Positions 8,178 to 17,504 of a stretch of 32,457 bases of DNA are shown here, piece after piece. Every line of letters begins with the position of its first letter. The stretch's first letter is position 1. A program made the translations under genes and the position numbers. This DNA comes from a virus (Duplodnaviria > Caudoviricetes), in IMG/VR virus record IMGVR_UViG_3300044674_002756, positions 1 through 32,457 of that record; one strand, 5' to 3'. The notes beneath the pieces were generated by a model, which was not told the DNA's origin, ran no database searches, and was given only the letters and a program-made list of their open reading frames with translations.

Positions 8178-9599
8178 TTGTTCGATAATATCAAGATAAA
8201 TCCTATAGAATCAACTGGAAACGCCTTTGTAGTCGAAGAGGGCATTAAAAGTGAGGTTAATTACCATGAATGGTCAGAGGGAACAAAGCCAGAGGTACCT
8301 TTTGCCAAGATATTTTACTTAAATGATCACGATTCAAGACTTTATCTTGCTTCTGATACATATACTCAGTTAATTTTAGGTAGTGGTATGGTTATATCAG
8401 GTAAAAACCAAAAGGCTGTAACTGCGCTTGAAAAATGGGTAAAAGACAATTATATTGAAGAAAAAGTAGAAGATGGGTGTCATTCTTATGTTATTGCAGG
8501 CAATGTTATCTATGAATTGATTAGAAAGGGTAAAAAGGTCGTAGATATTGACGAAGTTGATATTACAACCATGGTAGGTGCCAAAAGAGACAAAACTGGC
8601 AGAATTCACTCCTATACACAACACGTTAATGACAAGGATCTTGAAATAGACGCCAAAGACCTTGCACATCTTAGATTTACATCAAGAAGACAGGAGTTAT
8701 GGGGTAGATCACTCGCACAATCCATTGTAACACCTAAATCTGTCAATGGTAAATATATTGAATCTTCTGTAGAAGAAATGTGGAAGATAGAAGACGCTAT
8801 GGTAAAGATATTCAAGTCTTATGCCTCTCCAATGATGATGATTCAGTTTGAAGACGTAGGCGAAGACTTTATTGAGGATAAACAACAAGAATTCAAGAAA
8901 ATGGGTGCAGGCGCAAAGATTATTACTGACAAGGCATTCAAGGCAGAGGTATTTGAAGTAAACCCTGCCTCTAAATTCGATAAATATATTGAACATATGG
9001 AAAAAGACGTTATTGAAGCAGGCACACAGTTTGCTTCACAGATCTTGACCGCAGGCTTTACTGCAAGGGCTTCTTCTGAGTCAGCAAGTGATATTATCAA
9101 ACTAAAGATTAAACGTATTCAACGTAGATTCGGATTAGGTCTTAAAAAACAGATATTTGATATCGTATTAGAGGGATTAGGATTCAATCCAAAGACTGTA
9201 GACATTAAAGTAGACTTTCAATTTGATTCTGAATCCGTATTATCTATACAAGACGTTACAGCCTTGTTTGAAAAAGGAACAATCAAGAGATCAGAAGTCA
9301 GAGGCTATCTCTCAGAGAATACTGATGTTAAGATCGATATGACTGACATGGAAGACACCTTGCCTATCACATCAGTAACACCTACCGATAAAATGGGTAA
9401 CGAGCCTGTGCCTACTGAGCAACCTGAGCCTGAACAACCTACAGAGGCTAAGAAAAAGAAAAAGAAACCAAAAGATCCTATTATTGTTCAACCTATGGTA
9501 GTAGATGAGAATAATAACGCCTTACAAGATGATGATGATGATATCACAGTTACACCTAAAGATCAAACCAAAGCACCTAAGAAAGTCAGGTATGATTAA
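8178..9599 (+). CDS. Portal protein
   Basis: Between terL and capsid gene; GNVIYE, LAHLRF...WGRS portal motifs; disordered P/E/K/D-rich tail. Confidence 0.85.
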   Translation: MFDNIKINPIESTGNAFVVEEGIKSEVNYHEWSEGTKPEVPFAKIFYLNDHDSRLYLASDTYTQLILGSGMVISGKNQKAVTALEKWVKDNYIEEKVEDGCHSYVIAGNVIYELIRKGKKVVDIDEVDITTMVGAKRDKTGRIHSYTQHVNDKDLEIDAKDLAHLRFTSRRQELWGRSLAQSIVTPKSVNGKYIESSVEEMWKIEDAMVKIFKSYASPMMMIQFEDVGEDFIEDKQQEFKKMGAGAKIITDKAFKAEVFEVNPASKFDKYIEHMEKDVIEAGTQFASQILTAGFTARASSESASDIIKLKIKRIQRRFGLGLKKQIFDIVLEGLGFNPKTVDIKVDFQFDSESVLSIQDVTALFEKGTIKRSEVRGYLSENTDVKIDMTDMEDTLPITSVTPTDKMGNEPVPTEQPEPEQPTEAKKKKKKPKDPIIVQPMVVDENNNALQDDDDDITVTPKDQTKAPKKVRYD

Positions 9600-9600
9600 T

Positions 9601-9634
9601 CACTTCTCTTTATTATATTGTTTAATATAGAATT
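9601..9634 (+). promoter_or_regulatory. YACTTCY-type (putative late) promoter of the capsid gene
   Basis: CACTTCTCTTTATTATA, identical to 14379-14395; the A of ACTTCT is 33 nt before ATG in both. Confidence 0.7.
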
Positions 9635-11527
9635 ATGTTAAACGTCGAAGGTACTCTAGCCATGCCTAGAAAATCACTTAATGGTAATTTCTATTTCGCT
9701 TCTGAACTAGCCAAAGGACACGATAAGATCGTACCTTTACGCCTAAATCACGATAATACAGAAGCAGGCATTATAGGAGAATCACATTTAATCTGGGACG
9801 AAGAGAAAGAACAGTTAAACTATCGTGCTACTATCAGTAACGGTATGGTAGAGACTCAGGTTAAAGCCTTAACTGAGAATGGAGAGAATGTCAAGGTATC
9901 TTTAGGTTTAAGCGCTAATGGCGAACAACAAGTATGCCATAATGACGGTGGAGACTGTATGTCAGCACCTATTGACGTTTCATTTAACGAAATGAGTATT
10001 CTATTGGGCGAGAATCCGGGAATCCCAGAGGTTTCTTTGACATTATCAGAGTCCAAGTGTGGAAAACACAACGTAGAACTCTTTGCAACCGAGTGTAAAA
10101 TTACTTCTCATAGTATTGAGAATGATGAAACTAAAGTAATGACAAGTAACGACAAAGTTGAGCAAGATCTTAACGCAGATTTTGAAGCAAAAGTAGACGC
10201 TGCCATTACAGCCCGTATGGACGCACACCTCAAAAAACAAGAGGAAGAAGCAACTGCCGCCGCAACCGCAAAAGCAGAAGCCGATAAATGTGCAGAAGAC
10301 GATCTTAAATGTAAAGCAGATCAACTTAAAGCAAAAGAAGCAGAAGACCTAGCAAAACAAGAAGCACTTGAGAAATCTATCGCAGATTTAGTCGAGAAAA
10401 GAGTCGCAGAGGAAACAGCAAAAATTCAAACCGAATTAGCTACAACCGAAGCAAAGAAAACCGAAGTTACCGAAAGTGAAGTAAGCCCTAAACAATGGGA
10501 AGAAAAACAAGTAGATGAACAAGTCGCATTAATGGATAAAGTCCTCGCAGGAGAACAAGTATCTATGAAAATCGACAAAGAGGAATTCTTAGCAAAACAC
10601 TCAGTCAACAAACCAAGTCAATTCTCAGAAGCAGTATCTACATCAGGTACAATTCCGGGAGTAGATGTTGGACAACAAATTGTTATCCTTCCGGGTGGAA
10701 TTTTAGTTAAGACCATTCGTCCTTGGGTACAAGTTAAAGTTATCCCACAAGGTTATGACACCGTGAGATTCTACACACTCGATATCCCTGCATTCGGAAC
10801 AATTACCGAACACGTAAGTACAGATATTACCCCTGCTACCCACGCTTTGACCGCAATCGAAGTCTCTGCTAACACAGTAAGAGGCTTTAGACAAAACGTC
10901 TTAAAAGCAGAAGTAGAGAAATATCCAAAAGACTTACTCGAGAAAATCCGAGAAACAGCAAGAACTAGAGCATTAGAAGATGAAGTTACAATCACTTTAT
11001 CAACTATCGCCGCAAGCACATCAGTCGACTTTGGTGCAAACCACTTAGACGCAAATGATGGTGCCTTGATTACTGACGAGACCGACGAAGACGCCGCAGG
11101 CGTTATGAAAGCCGCAGGGATCGAAGCCGCAAAGGTTAGACTCCAAAGCCAAGGTCATGAAGCAGAAAATGGATCCGCTGTATGTGCTATGACACCAAAA
11201 GCCCAAAAAGAACTGATCCAAGATTCAGCCGTAGTCGACTTTATCCAAAACAGTTCCCCAGAAATTAGTAGACAAGGAAGAATATCTTTATACTTTGGTA
11301 TTGAGATCTTCGTTACAAACTCTATTAATACCGACAACAACAATGCCGCAAGAAACATCTGTTTCATGAAAGGCAAAGCATTTGGTCTAGCAGTAGGTAG
11401 AGATATAGAATTAGAGTTCGGTAAGAACATAGTAAGACAATCCGTTGACATTGTTGCAACACACAGAGTCAATGCAGTCGTACTAGACGCAACCGCATAC
11501 GTAATTCTTTCAAGTAAAAACGATTAG
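9635..11527 (+). CDS. Prohead protease-scaffold-HK97-fold major capsid protein fusion
   Basis: N-terminal protease motifs (SLNGNFY, LRLNH, VSLG, EMSI), A/E/K coiled-coil middle, C-terminal ~300 aa MCP-like (YFGIEIFVTN, AFGLAVGRDIELE). Confidence 0.88.
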   Translation: MLNVEGTLAMPRKSLNGNFYFASELAKGHDKIVPLRLNHDNTEAGIIGESHLIWDEEKEQLNYRATISNGMVETQVKALTENGENVKVSLGLSANGEQQVCHNDGGDCMSAPIDVSFNEMSILLGENPGIPEVSLTLSESKCGKHNVELFATECKITSHSIENDETKVMTSNDKVEQDLNADFEAKVDAAITARMDAHLKKQEEEATAAATAKAEADKCAEDDLKCKADQLKAKEAEDLAKQEALEKSIADLVEKRVAEETAKIQTELATTEAKKTEVTESEVSPKQWEEKQVDEQVALMDKVLAGEQVSMKIDKEEFLAKHSVNKPSQFSEAVSTSGTIPGVDVGQQIVILPGGILVKTIRPWVQVKVIPQGYDTVRFYTLDIPAFGTITEHVSTDITPATHALTAIEVSANTVRGFRQNVLKAEVEKYPKDLLEKIRETARTRALEDEVTITLSTIAASTSVDFGANHLDANDGALITDETDEDAAGVMKAAGIEAAKVRLQSQGHEAENGSAVCAMTPKAQKELIQDSAVVDFIQNSSPEISRQGRISLYFGIEIFVTNSINTDNNNAARNICFMKGKAFGLAVGRDIELEFGKNIVRQSVDIVATHRVNAVVLDATAYVILSSKND

Positions 11528-11541
11528 TCAATCTAATCAAA

Positions 11542-11554
11542 TTTTTATTTTTTT
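11542..11554 (+). terminator. Oligo-T terminator after capsid gene
   Basis: TTTTTATTTTTTT shortly after the stop at 11527. Confidence 0.55.
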
Positions 11555-11630
11555 ATATTAAAGTCTTCAATTTAGCCGCACGATTAAATGGTAGAATACT
11601 TTATATAGAACGGTTTATATATGGTTAAAT

Positions 11631-11876
11631 ATGGATAGCGAGAAATTCCACGATTTAATCATACATGAACTGCGTGCTGTTAGAGCGAAACTAGATGATC
11701 AGCACAAACGTATTGATAATATCGCACAAGAACTTGTACGTATAGATACAGAAAGAAAAACCCGTGGAAAGACCTTGGATTCAGTTGAATCTGGACGTCA
11801 ATGGTCATGGGAAAAGATATTGGGCATTATAGGTGCAATAGGCATAGCCGCAGGGCTAATAGTAGGATTTATATAA
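11631..11876 (+). CDS. Coiled-coil protein with C-terminal TM helix (possible lysis/holin-associated)
   Basis: Coiled coil then ILGIIGAIGIAAGLIVGFI. Confidence 0.6.
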   Translation: MDSEKFHDLIIHELRAVRAKLDDQHKRIDNIAQELVRIDTERKTRGKTLDSVESGRQWSWEKILGIIGAIGIAAGLIVGFI

Positions 11877-11897
11877 CCCTTACACCCTTTATTTTTT

Positions 11898-12122
11898 ATG
11901 AGTCTTAAGATGGACGCAAATACAGTTGGTAAAATCCAACTTGTTCTCGTTGCACTCTTAGTCTTTGGCTCAGTTGGCTACGTAACCGTCGGCGCATTAA
12001 CGTACGGATTCGAGTCTTCTGAGGGCAAAGAACTATGGAATGACCTTAAACTCATAGTAATAGCAGGCTCATTAGCCGCATTTGCTATGTTAGGTTTAGG
12101 TAGACGAGTCAAATCAGATTAG
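11898..12122 (+). CDS. Two-TM small membrane protein (holin-like candidate)
   Basis: Two hydrophobic helices, basic C-terminus; TATA 30 nt upstream. Confidence 0.6.
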   Translation: MSLKMDANTVGKIQLVLVALLVFGSVGYVTVGALTYGFESSEGKELWNDLKLIVIAGSLAAFAMLGLGRRVKSD

Positions 12123-12174
12123 TGTGTATAAATTATATTACAGTTTATATACCTCATCTACTCTTTTTTATTTT

Positions 12175-12465
12175 ATGGCACAACTAACAATAGCCCAAAT
12201 CAATAAAGAACTCAATTTCCTTGAGGTTAATTATCAAAGATTGACTATCAAGACCGTAGAGTATCTGGCAGAGAAGAAAAAACTCGAAAAACAAAAAGAG
12301 AAACTACTCAAACTAGATGATAAAGAGTTAGCCGTTATTGAGACCAAAAAGAAAAACCTAAAATCTTCTACCTTGAAAGGTAAATTTGCCAAATTAAACG
12401 GCAATAGAATTCAGGAAGATGGCAGAGTTATCGTTGGCGAAGACAATAATGACTACGTGAGGTAA
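12175..12465 (+). CDS. Basic coiled-coil hypothetical protein (96 aa)
   Basis: Start revised to ATG 12175 (TTTATATA at 12144). Confidence 0.65.
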   Translation: MAQLTIAQINKELNFLEVNYQRLTIKTVEYLAEKKKLEKQKEKLLKLDDKELAVIETKKKNLKSSTLKGKFAKLNGNRIQEDGRVIVGEDNNDYVR

Positions 12466-13124
12466 TGACCTTGCACCCCCTTATTTTTATTCCTAAAGTC
12501 CGTGATATTGAAGCAGTCAAGGATTCTTGGGATCTGTTATTTTATGACAAATTAATAGTAGAGAATATGCCCGAGATGGAAGCCTATCATTTTGCAAAAC
12601 ATTATTTCTTAATGAATAAGAAATACACTCACTTGGTAATATGTCCTGATGATTTGGTCATAGATTACAATTCATTTGAATCATTAAAACGTAAGGTCTT
12701 AGAATATGATTATTCCAATTTGTCAGGAATTGCAAACAAGGCACAGAACGAACATAATGTTTATTGTTGTCAGAATATCAATGAAGTAGATTATCAGTTT
12801 GCAAACGGTGGTACCTTTTCATATTATAACGAGTCCAATATTCCTGACGAGACATTCCAAGCAGGCTTTACAGGTTTCTGTTGTCAATGGATCAATCGTG
12901 AAATTATGGAACAAGTTACATTCAATGGATCTAATGATAATAATAACTGCTTAGATTGGCAGTTCGCTAGGGAATTAAATGAATTAGAAATACCATTATT
13001 GGTAGATCCTGAATCACAGTTTAAGCACTTGTCCAGAGAACAGCGGGCAGAACTGCGTCAATGGAAATTGGGAAACGATATCAGAAAACAGAACGTTTAT
13101 ATGGTTAAGGACGGTATGGTATAA
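12465..13124 (+). CDS. GT-A fold glycosyltransferase-like protein
   Basis: YTHLVICPDDLV (DxD-like), GFTGFCCQWINR, LDWQFA, terminal His motif. Confidence 0.7.
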   Translation: MTLHPLIFIPKVRDIEAVKDSWDLLFYDKLIVENMPEMEAYHFAKHYFLMNKKYTHLVICPDDLVIDYNSFESLKRKVLEYDYSNLSGIANKAQNEHNVYCCQNINEVDYQFANGGTFSYYNESNIPDETFQAGFTGFCCQWINREIMEQVTFNGSNDNNNCLDWQFARELNELEIPLLVDPESQFKHLSREQRAELRQWKLGNDIRKQNVYMVKDGMV

Positions 13125-13125
13125 T

Positions 13126-13737
13126 ATGGACATTCAGTTTCATGGATTTAAGAATATTGGGTGGCTAGAGAGACGAAGATATGTCAAGATCATGTACAAG
13201 TGGCTAGAGGATCATGTCAGCCATATTGAGAATGATACTACAAGAGAATATACCTTGAAAAGAATTATGAAATTCAGAGTAAGATTTTTTCCTACAACTA
13301 TGTACAAGAAGATGTACGGAGAATACAACTGGCGTACAGGCGATACTGGCGAATTGTCTGATTTGATACCTCACGAAAAAGTGGGACAGTTTGTAATTGA
13401 TTTGTTTATACTGGACAACAAGGACGATCTAAGAATGGCTTCCAATTTGATTATGATGAGTCATGGACTCGGTCATGTTTTGTTATATTCCTATGATCAT
13501 ACAAGAAGAACTAAACTTAATGTTAATGACGCAAGCGGAAACTTGAAAGGCAAGGTCTTGGCATGGCATACAGCCGCAGTACATAACAGAACAGAAAAAA
13601 TGGAAAAAACTGTTCAACGTTTGACTGACAAGGAAATTGACAATCAGATATACTATCTACAGACTTGGAGACGTTTCGGTTTAAAATGGAGAAAGGTAAT
13701 GTATAGAATGTATGACTTTAGGGACGATCTGAATTGA
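13126..13737 (+). CDS. Hypothetical protein with degenerate zincin motif (HGLGH)
   Basis: LIMMSHGLGHVLL: HExxH-like context with Gly in place of the catalytic Glu. Confidence 0.55.
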   Translation: MDIQFHGFKNIGWLERRRYVKIMYKWLEDHVSHIENDTTREYTLKRIMKFRVRFFPTTMYKKMYGEYNWRTGDTGELSDLIPHEKVGQFVIDLFILDNKDDLRMASNLIMMSHGLGHVLLYSYDHTRRTKLNVNDASGNLKGKVLAWHTAAVHNRTEKMEKTVQRLTDKEIDNQIYYLQTWRRFGLKWRKVMYRMYDFRDDLN

Positions 13738-14378
13738 AAGAAGAACTAGGTTTATTGTGCTGTTGTTGGGACGATCCCCGTGGCATTATGAGAATGTTTG
13801 AACAGGAAACCATTAAGGACTTTGACTATCTCTGTTTCTTTGAGGGCAAATTTGCTCAATGGCAGGGTGTTGAAGAGTTTCCCGTATCTGAAACCCACGA
13901 CATTGTAAAGGACTTTGGCGATACCAATGATGATGTAAACGTTTATTATGAGTTAGTTGAGGGAAAGACAGAGGCAGAGAAACGCAATCATATGTTTTAC
14001 CGCGCTCATCAGATTGGAATGGACTGGGCTTTGGTAGTAGACTCAGATGAGATCCCTTTCATATCAAGACATGAATGGAACAAGGAAAGACCTACTCTAA
14101 AGAAATACGGCTGTTATAGTGTCGTACTTAACAATTACAACCTTGTACAAAGAAGACCTAGACTGTTCAATATGAACGAACAACCCTATCTGTTACAGCA
14201 TGAAACAGCATTATCTCATAACAAGATCTTCTCTTCGTTGGACGGCAGGGATCTTGCACAAGACATTACAAAGACAAAATATGATACTAATTCTATCAAA
14301 TTATGGCATGACAAGGAATTTCACAGCAAATACAGGTGGAATTTTAGGCATATATTCAGCAAAGTAAAGAATCATTAA
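13734..14378 (+). CDS. GT2-like (GT-A) glycosyltransferase
   Basis: EAEKRN, DWALVVDSDE, PRLF, KLWH motifs. Confidence 0.75.
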   Translation: MKEELGLLCCCWDDPRGIMRMFEQETIKDFDYLCFFEGKFAQWQGVEEFPVSETHDIVKDFGDTNDDVNVYYELVEGKTEAEKRNHMFYRAHQIGMDWALVVDSDEIPFISRHEWNKERPTLKKYGCYSVVLNNYNLVQRRPRLFNMNEQPYLLQHETALSHNKIFSSLDGRDLAQDITKTKYDTNSIKLWHDKEFHSKYRWNFRHIFSKVKNH

Positions 14379-14412
14379 CACTTCTCTTTATTATACTATT
14401 TAATATATAATC

Positions 14413-14748
14413 ATGGTTTATGGTACTGCCGCTACAGTTGAAACCCTAGTTTATGGTACAGCCAAGGCTAATACACCCGCAGGCGTAACCTCAGCACTAC
14501 AGACCGCAACAGATTTCATTAATGCTAAACTTAATATCAGAACAGAATTGACAGGCGACGACCTACCTGTAGCCTTTGAGAGTATCGCTAATCAGTTAGC
14601 CGCAGGGATTTTACAGGAACAAAGAGATCCTAGATCTGAATCCCAGAGAACTATCATGGGAAAACAGATGTTGGAAGACTTTAAAGATGATACAACTTCA
14701 TCAGTACGAGGCGAATCTTATCATATCAGATTTGTATCACAAGATTGA
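14413..14748 (+). CDS. Head-tail adaptor protein
   Basis: 111 aa helical protein (ALQTATDFINAKL) at the head-tail junction; late motif upstream. Confidence 0.65.
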   Translation: MVYGTAATVETLVYGTAKANTPAGVTSALQTATDFINAKLNIRTELTGDDLPVAFESIANQLAAGILQEQRDPRSESQRTIMGKQMLEDFKDDTTSSVRGESYHIRFVSQD

Positions 14749-15284
14749 CAGTTACAGTTAGACACTTAGTTGGGACCCGAGAGCCTTTGGATATTGTTAT
14801 CACGGCACATCTTACTGATAATTGGGACAATTCCAATACCGATTCTGTTACTCCTGTAATAGAGCCTTTGTCTTATATTCCTAGCATGAACGTAGAGGAA
14901 GACTTTCAAACTAATCCTAACATTATAAAGTTGTCCATAACCAATACTGACCGTATGATAGAAGACGAGCCGTTAGGAGACGACTCTCACTACTACAGGA
15001 CTGAGATAACAGTAGATATATGGGCAGAAACACCCACCTTATTGCACTACTTTCAAGATGAAGTAAACAGAATCCTATGGGAAATAAGACCTAATGCCTC
15101 GACGAGACTAAAGAAATCTGACGGCACTCAAGGCACTCTTACCGCAGGCACGGAAGATTCTGAGATAGAGTCCTTTGAAGATACCGAATTAAGATGGGAA
15201 TATATAGGCTCAGATGATGATGTAAACCTAAGAGTTTCCAGTCAGGGATTGCTTGAATGTAATTGGTTTAAACTAAAAACCTAA
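14745..15284 (+). CDS. Tail terminator/completion protein
   Basis: Acidic, ITVDIWA motif, immediately before the tail tube gene. Confidence 0.55.
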   Translation: MTVTVRHLVGTREPLDIVITAHLTDNWDNSNTDSVTPVIEPLSYIPSMNVEEDFQTNPNIIKLSITNTDRMIEDEPLGDDSHYYRTEITVDIWAETPTLLHYFQDEVNRILWEIRPNASTRLKKSDGTQGTLTAGTEDSEIESFEDTELRWEYIGSDDDVNLRVSSQGLLECNWFKLKT

Positions 15285-15319
15285 TACTTCCTTTAGTAAT
15301 ATAAGCACTTAAATAGGTC

Positions 15320-16234
15320 ATGGCAAGCCATAATATACAAACAAAACGCGATTTTGTAAAAGTCTTACAGTACGTAGGCGAGGGAGACACAGTAACAACA
15401 CCGGCAGATTACGCCGCCGCAATTACTGATCCAACGTTTATTGCAGTAGGAAAAGTTACAGATATAAATCTACAGCCAGATATACAACATTCTGATACTG
15501 ACGTTTTGGGTAATGAAGATGTTATTGACGCCGTTAAGACAATGGAGAACTATACGTTCACTATCAGTTTTGAACTTACTGATACTGCATTGATCAACTA
15601 TGCTTTCAGCCCATCAGGCGGTGGCACAGGATCAATCGACGAATCATTGACGTTCATGTTCTCTGAATACCTTGACGGAACAGAAAATTACACAGCCATG
15701 TATGGTTGCAGACCTACTACCTGTACTGTCAACTTAGACAGAGGTATATGGACAGCAACTATGACATTCATGTGTAAAGAGATAACATTACCTAGTGCTA
15801 CAAGCCCTTGGAACGGACAAACACCAACTCACGCAAGTGAAACATCATCTGCTTCACTTACACATACAGATTCAGGTGCAGATCCTTTCACATGGAACTC
15901 AACAGCATTCCCAGAATCCAGATTTAGTACAACTGTAACAAGAGGTATGGCAGTACAAGCAGTAAACGGAACAGCACAAATCATTTACTGCAAGGCAAGT
16001 ACAAGACGAATCGACTTTTCAGTAGACGCCTTTGTAAAGGCAGTTACATTGGAAACCGATTGGTTGGCAAAAACAGAGAGAACAGCCGGATATTCTATCT
16101 CAACTTCTCCTGACAAAGACTTTGCTTTTGTAGACTGTGTTCTAACCTCTTATTCCAGACAAAAGACCGCCTCAAATGCAGATGGATTCAGAGAATCTAT
16201 TACAGCAAGAGTCGGTAGCGTAACAATCACATAG
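15320..16234 (+). CDS. Major tail (tube) protein
   Basis: 304 aa Thr-rich beta protein followed by frameshifting chaperone and tape measure; no sheath gene seen. Confidence 0.75.
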   Translation: MASHNIQTKRDFVKVLQYVGEGDTVTTPADYAAAITDPTFIAVGKVTDINLQPDIQHSDTDVLGNEDVIDAVKTMENYTFTISFELTDTALINYAFSPSGGGTGSIDESLTFMFSEYLDGTENYTAMYGCRPTTCTVNLDRGIWTATMTFMCKEITLPSATSPWNGQTPTHASETSSASLTHTDSGADPFTWNSTAFPESRFSTTVTRGMAVQAVNGTAQIIYCKASTRRIDFSVDAFVKAVTLETDWLAKTERTAGYSISTSPDKDFAFVDCVLTSYSRQKTASNADGFRESITARVGSVTIT

Positions 16235-16265
16235 GTTTAAATACCTCAACACCCTTTTTTATTTT

Positions 16266-16661
16266 ATGATAGAAACTGATTACATAAACGGCGCATTATT
16301 AGTCAAGCGTGGAGAAGAGGTTATAAAGACATTTACATTCAAAGACTTTGTATCTGCAAAACAATTTCAACCAATCAATGAATTGAGAAACAAATTGGTC
16401 AGAATTGCAAGCGGTCAGGACATTGAATCTACAGAAGAAGACGTAGACAAGTTAAACGAGGAATTTTACAACAAGGCAACCACCTTGGGACTGGAGAATC
16501 CTATTCCATTTGAAGAGGCTCTGGACATACTAACCGTTGCAGAGTTAGGCAAATTGTCAGAGGAAATACTAATTTTTTTAGTAAACTGGAGTTCGATAGA
16601 AGCGGTCAAGCAATACGCTCAGCAATTATCGGAGACTACAAAGAAAGGAACAAAGCCTTAA
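16266..16661 (+). CDS. Tail assembly chaperone (lambda gpG analogue)
   Basis: Follows tail tube; contains T TTT TTA slippery heptamer at 16574-16580. Confidence 0.8.
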   Translation: MIETDYINGALLVKRGEEVIKTFTFKDFVSAKQFQPINELRNKLVRIASGQDIESTEEDVDKLNEEFYNKATTLGLENPIPFEEALDILTVAELGKLSEEILIFLVNWSSIEAVKQYAQQLSETTKKGTKP

Positions 16662-16822
16662 ACAACTTTCCAGAGATTTCGGAACAGTTACTCCTAAACA
16701 ATTATATCAACGCAGGGTACGGTACTCTTAAAGAGGCTACTGAGTTGTTGGAATCCAAGGGCATAGAATACATACAAAAATTACTTCGTGTTAAGATGAT
16801 TCAACAAGAAGAATCAGAATAA
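16580..16822 (+). CDS. -1 frameshift extension of tail chaperone (gpGT analogue, 80 aa; fusion ~185 aa)
   Basis: -1 frame open from the slippery site (SKLEFDRSGQAIRS...QQEESE) to TAA 16820-16822, 1 nt before the next ATG. Confidence 0.8.
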   Translation, partial: SKLEFDRSGQAIRSAIIGDYKERNKALNNFPEISEQLLLNNYINAGYGTLKEATELLESKGIEYIQKLLRVKMIQQEESE

Positions 16823-16823
16823 T

Positions 16824-17498
16824 ATGCCTATGGAAATTACATTCGATCGTGAATGGTACAAAATGATCAGAGAAATGGAAGAGTCTATACGTAACAAGGA
16901 CTCGTATCAGACTGACTTTGTAGAATATCTCAGTCAGGGATTGCTTAAAATCTGTAAGGAATTATCGCCAATAAAGGACGGGGAATTACGTCAATCTTGG
17001 CAGATCTTTACTAAGACCTTAACCGAGGTAGTCATAGGTACTGACCTTGTTGACGCATATTCCAGAATAGTAAACGGCATGAAACCTCAGGTTATCTATG
17101 CAAAGAACGCAAAAGCCATGCATTTTATTATTGGAAATCAGGAATATTTTAGACAAAAGGTAGATATTCGCGGCACACCCCCTGATGATTTCCTTCAACC
17201 ATTGTTAGACAAGGCAGTAGACAAGGTAATAGAAGAACTTGCAGTAGCATTAATGCCCAAACATATGCCATTTTTCAGAACAATGACTCCAAAACCCAGA
17301 GCGCAACCGACCAAACGTGGTACTATCAATAACATTACAAAGACAGTAGGTTTGACTGGAACTAAAAGAAACGCTAGAAGAGGTAGAGGTAGTGGTGTTC
17401 AGAGAGCCAAGACGGGTAGAAAATCCTTTAGACGTACATTGTCTAGGCGTAGACGTACTGGAAAGTTCATTACTTCTAAAAACACCAAGGTGGGATAG
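16824..17498 (+). CDS. HK97 gp10-like tail/neck component with Arg-rich C-terminal extension
   Basis: SPIKDGELRQSW, GMKPQVIYAKNAKAM, RGTPPDDFL motifs. Confidence 0.7.
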   Translation: MPMEITFDREWYKMIREMEESIRNKDSYQTDFVEYLSQGLLKICKELSPIKDGELRQSWQIFTKTLTEVVIGTDLVDAYSRIVNGMKPQVIYAKNAKAMHFIIGNQEYFRQKVDIRGTPPDDFLQPLLDKAVDKVIEELAVALMPKHMPFFRTMTPKPRAQPTKRGTINNITKTVGLTGTKRNARRGRGSGVQRAKTGRKSFRRTLSRRRRTGKFITSKNTKVG

Positions 17499-17504
17499 AT
17501 AAGC

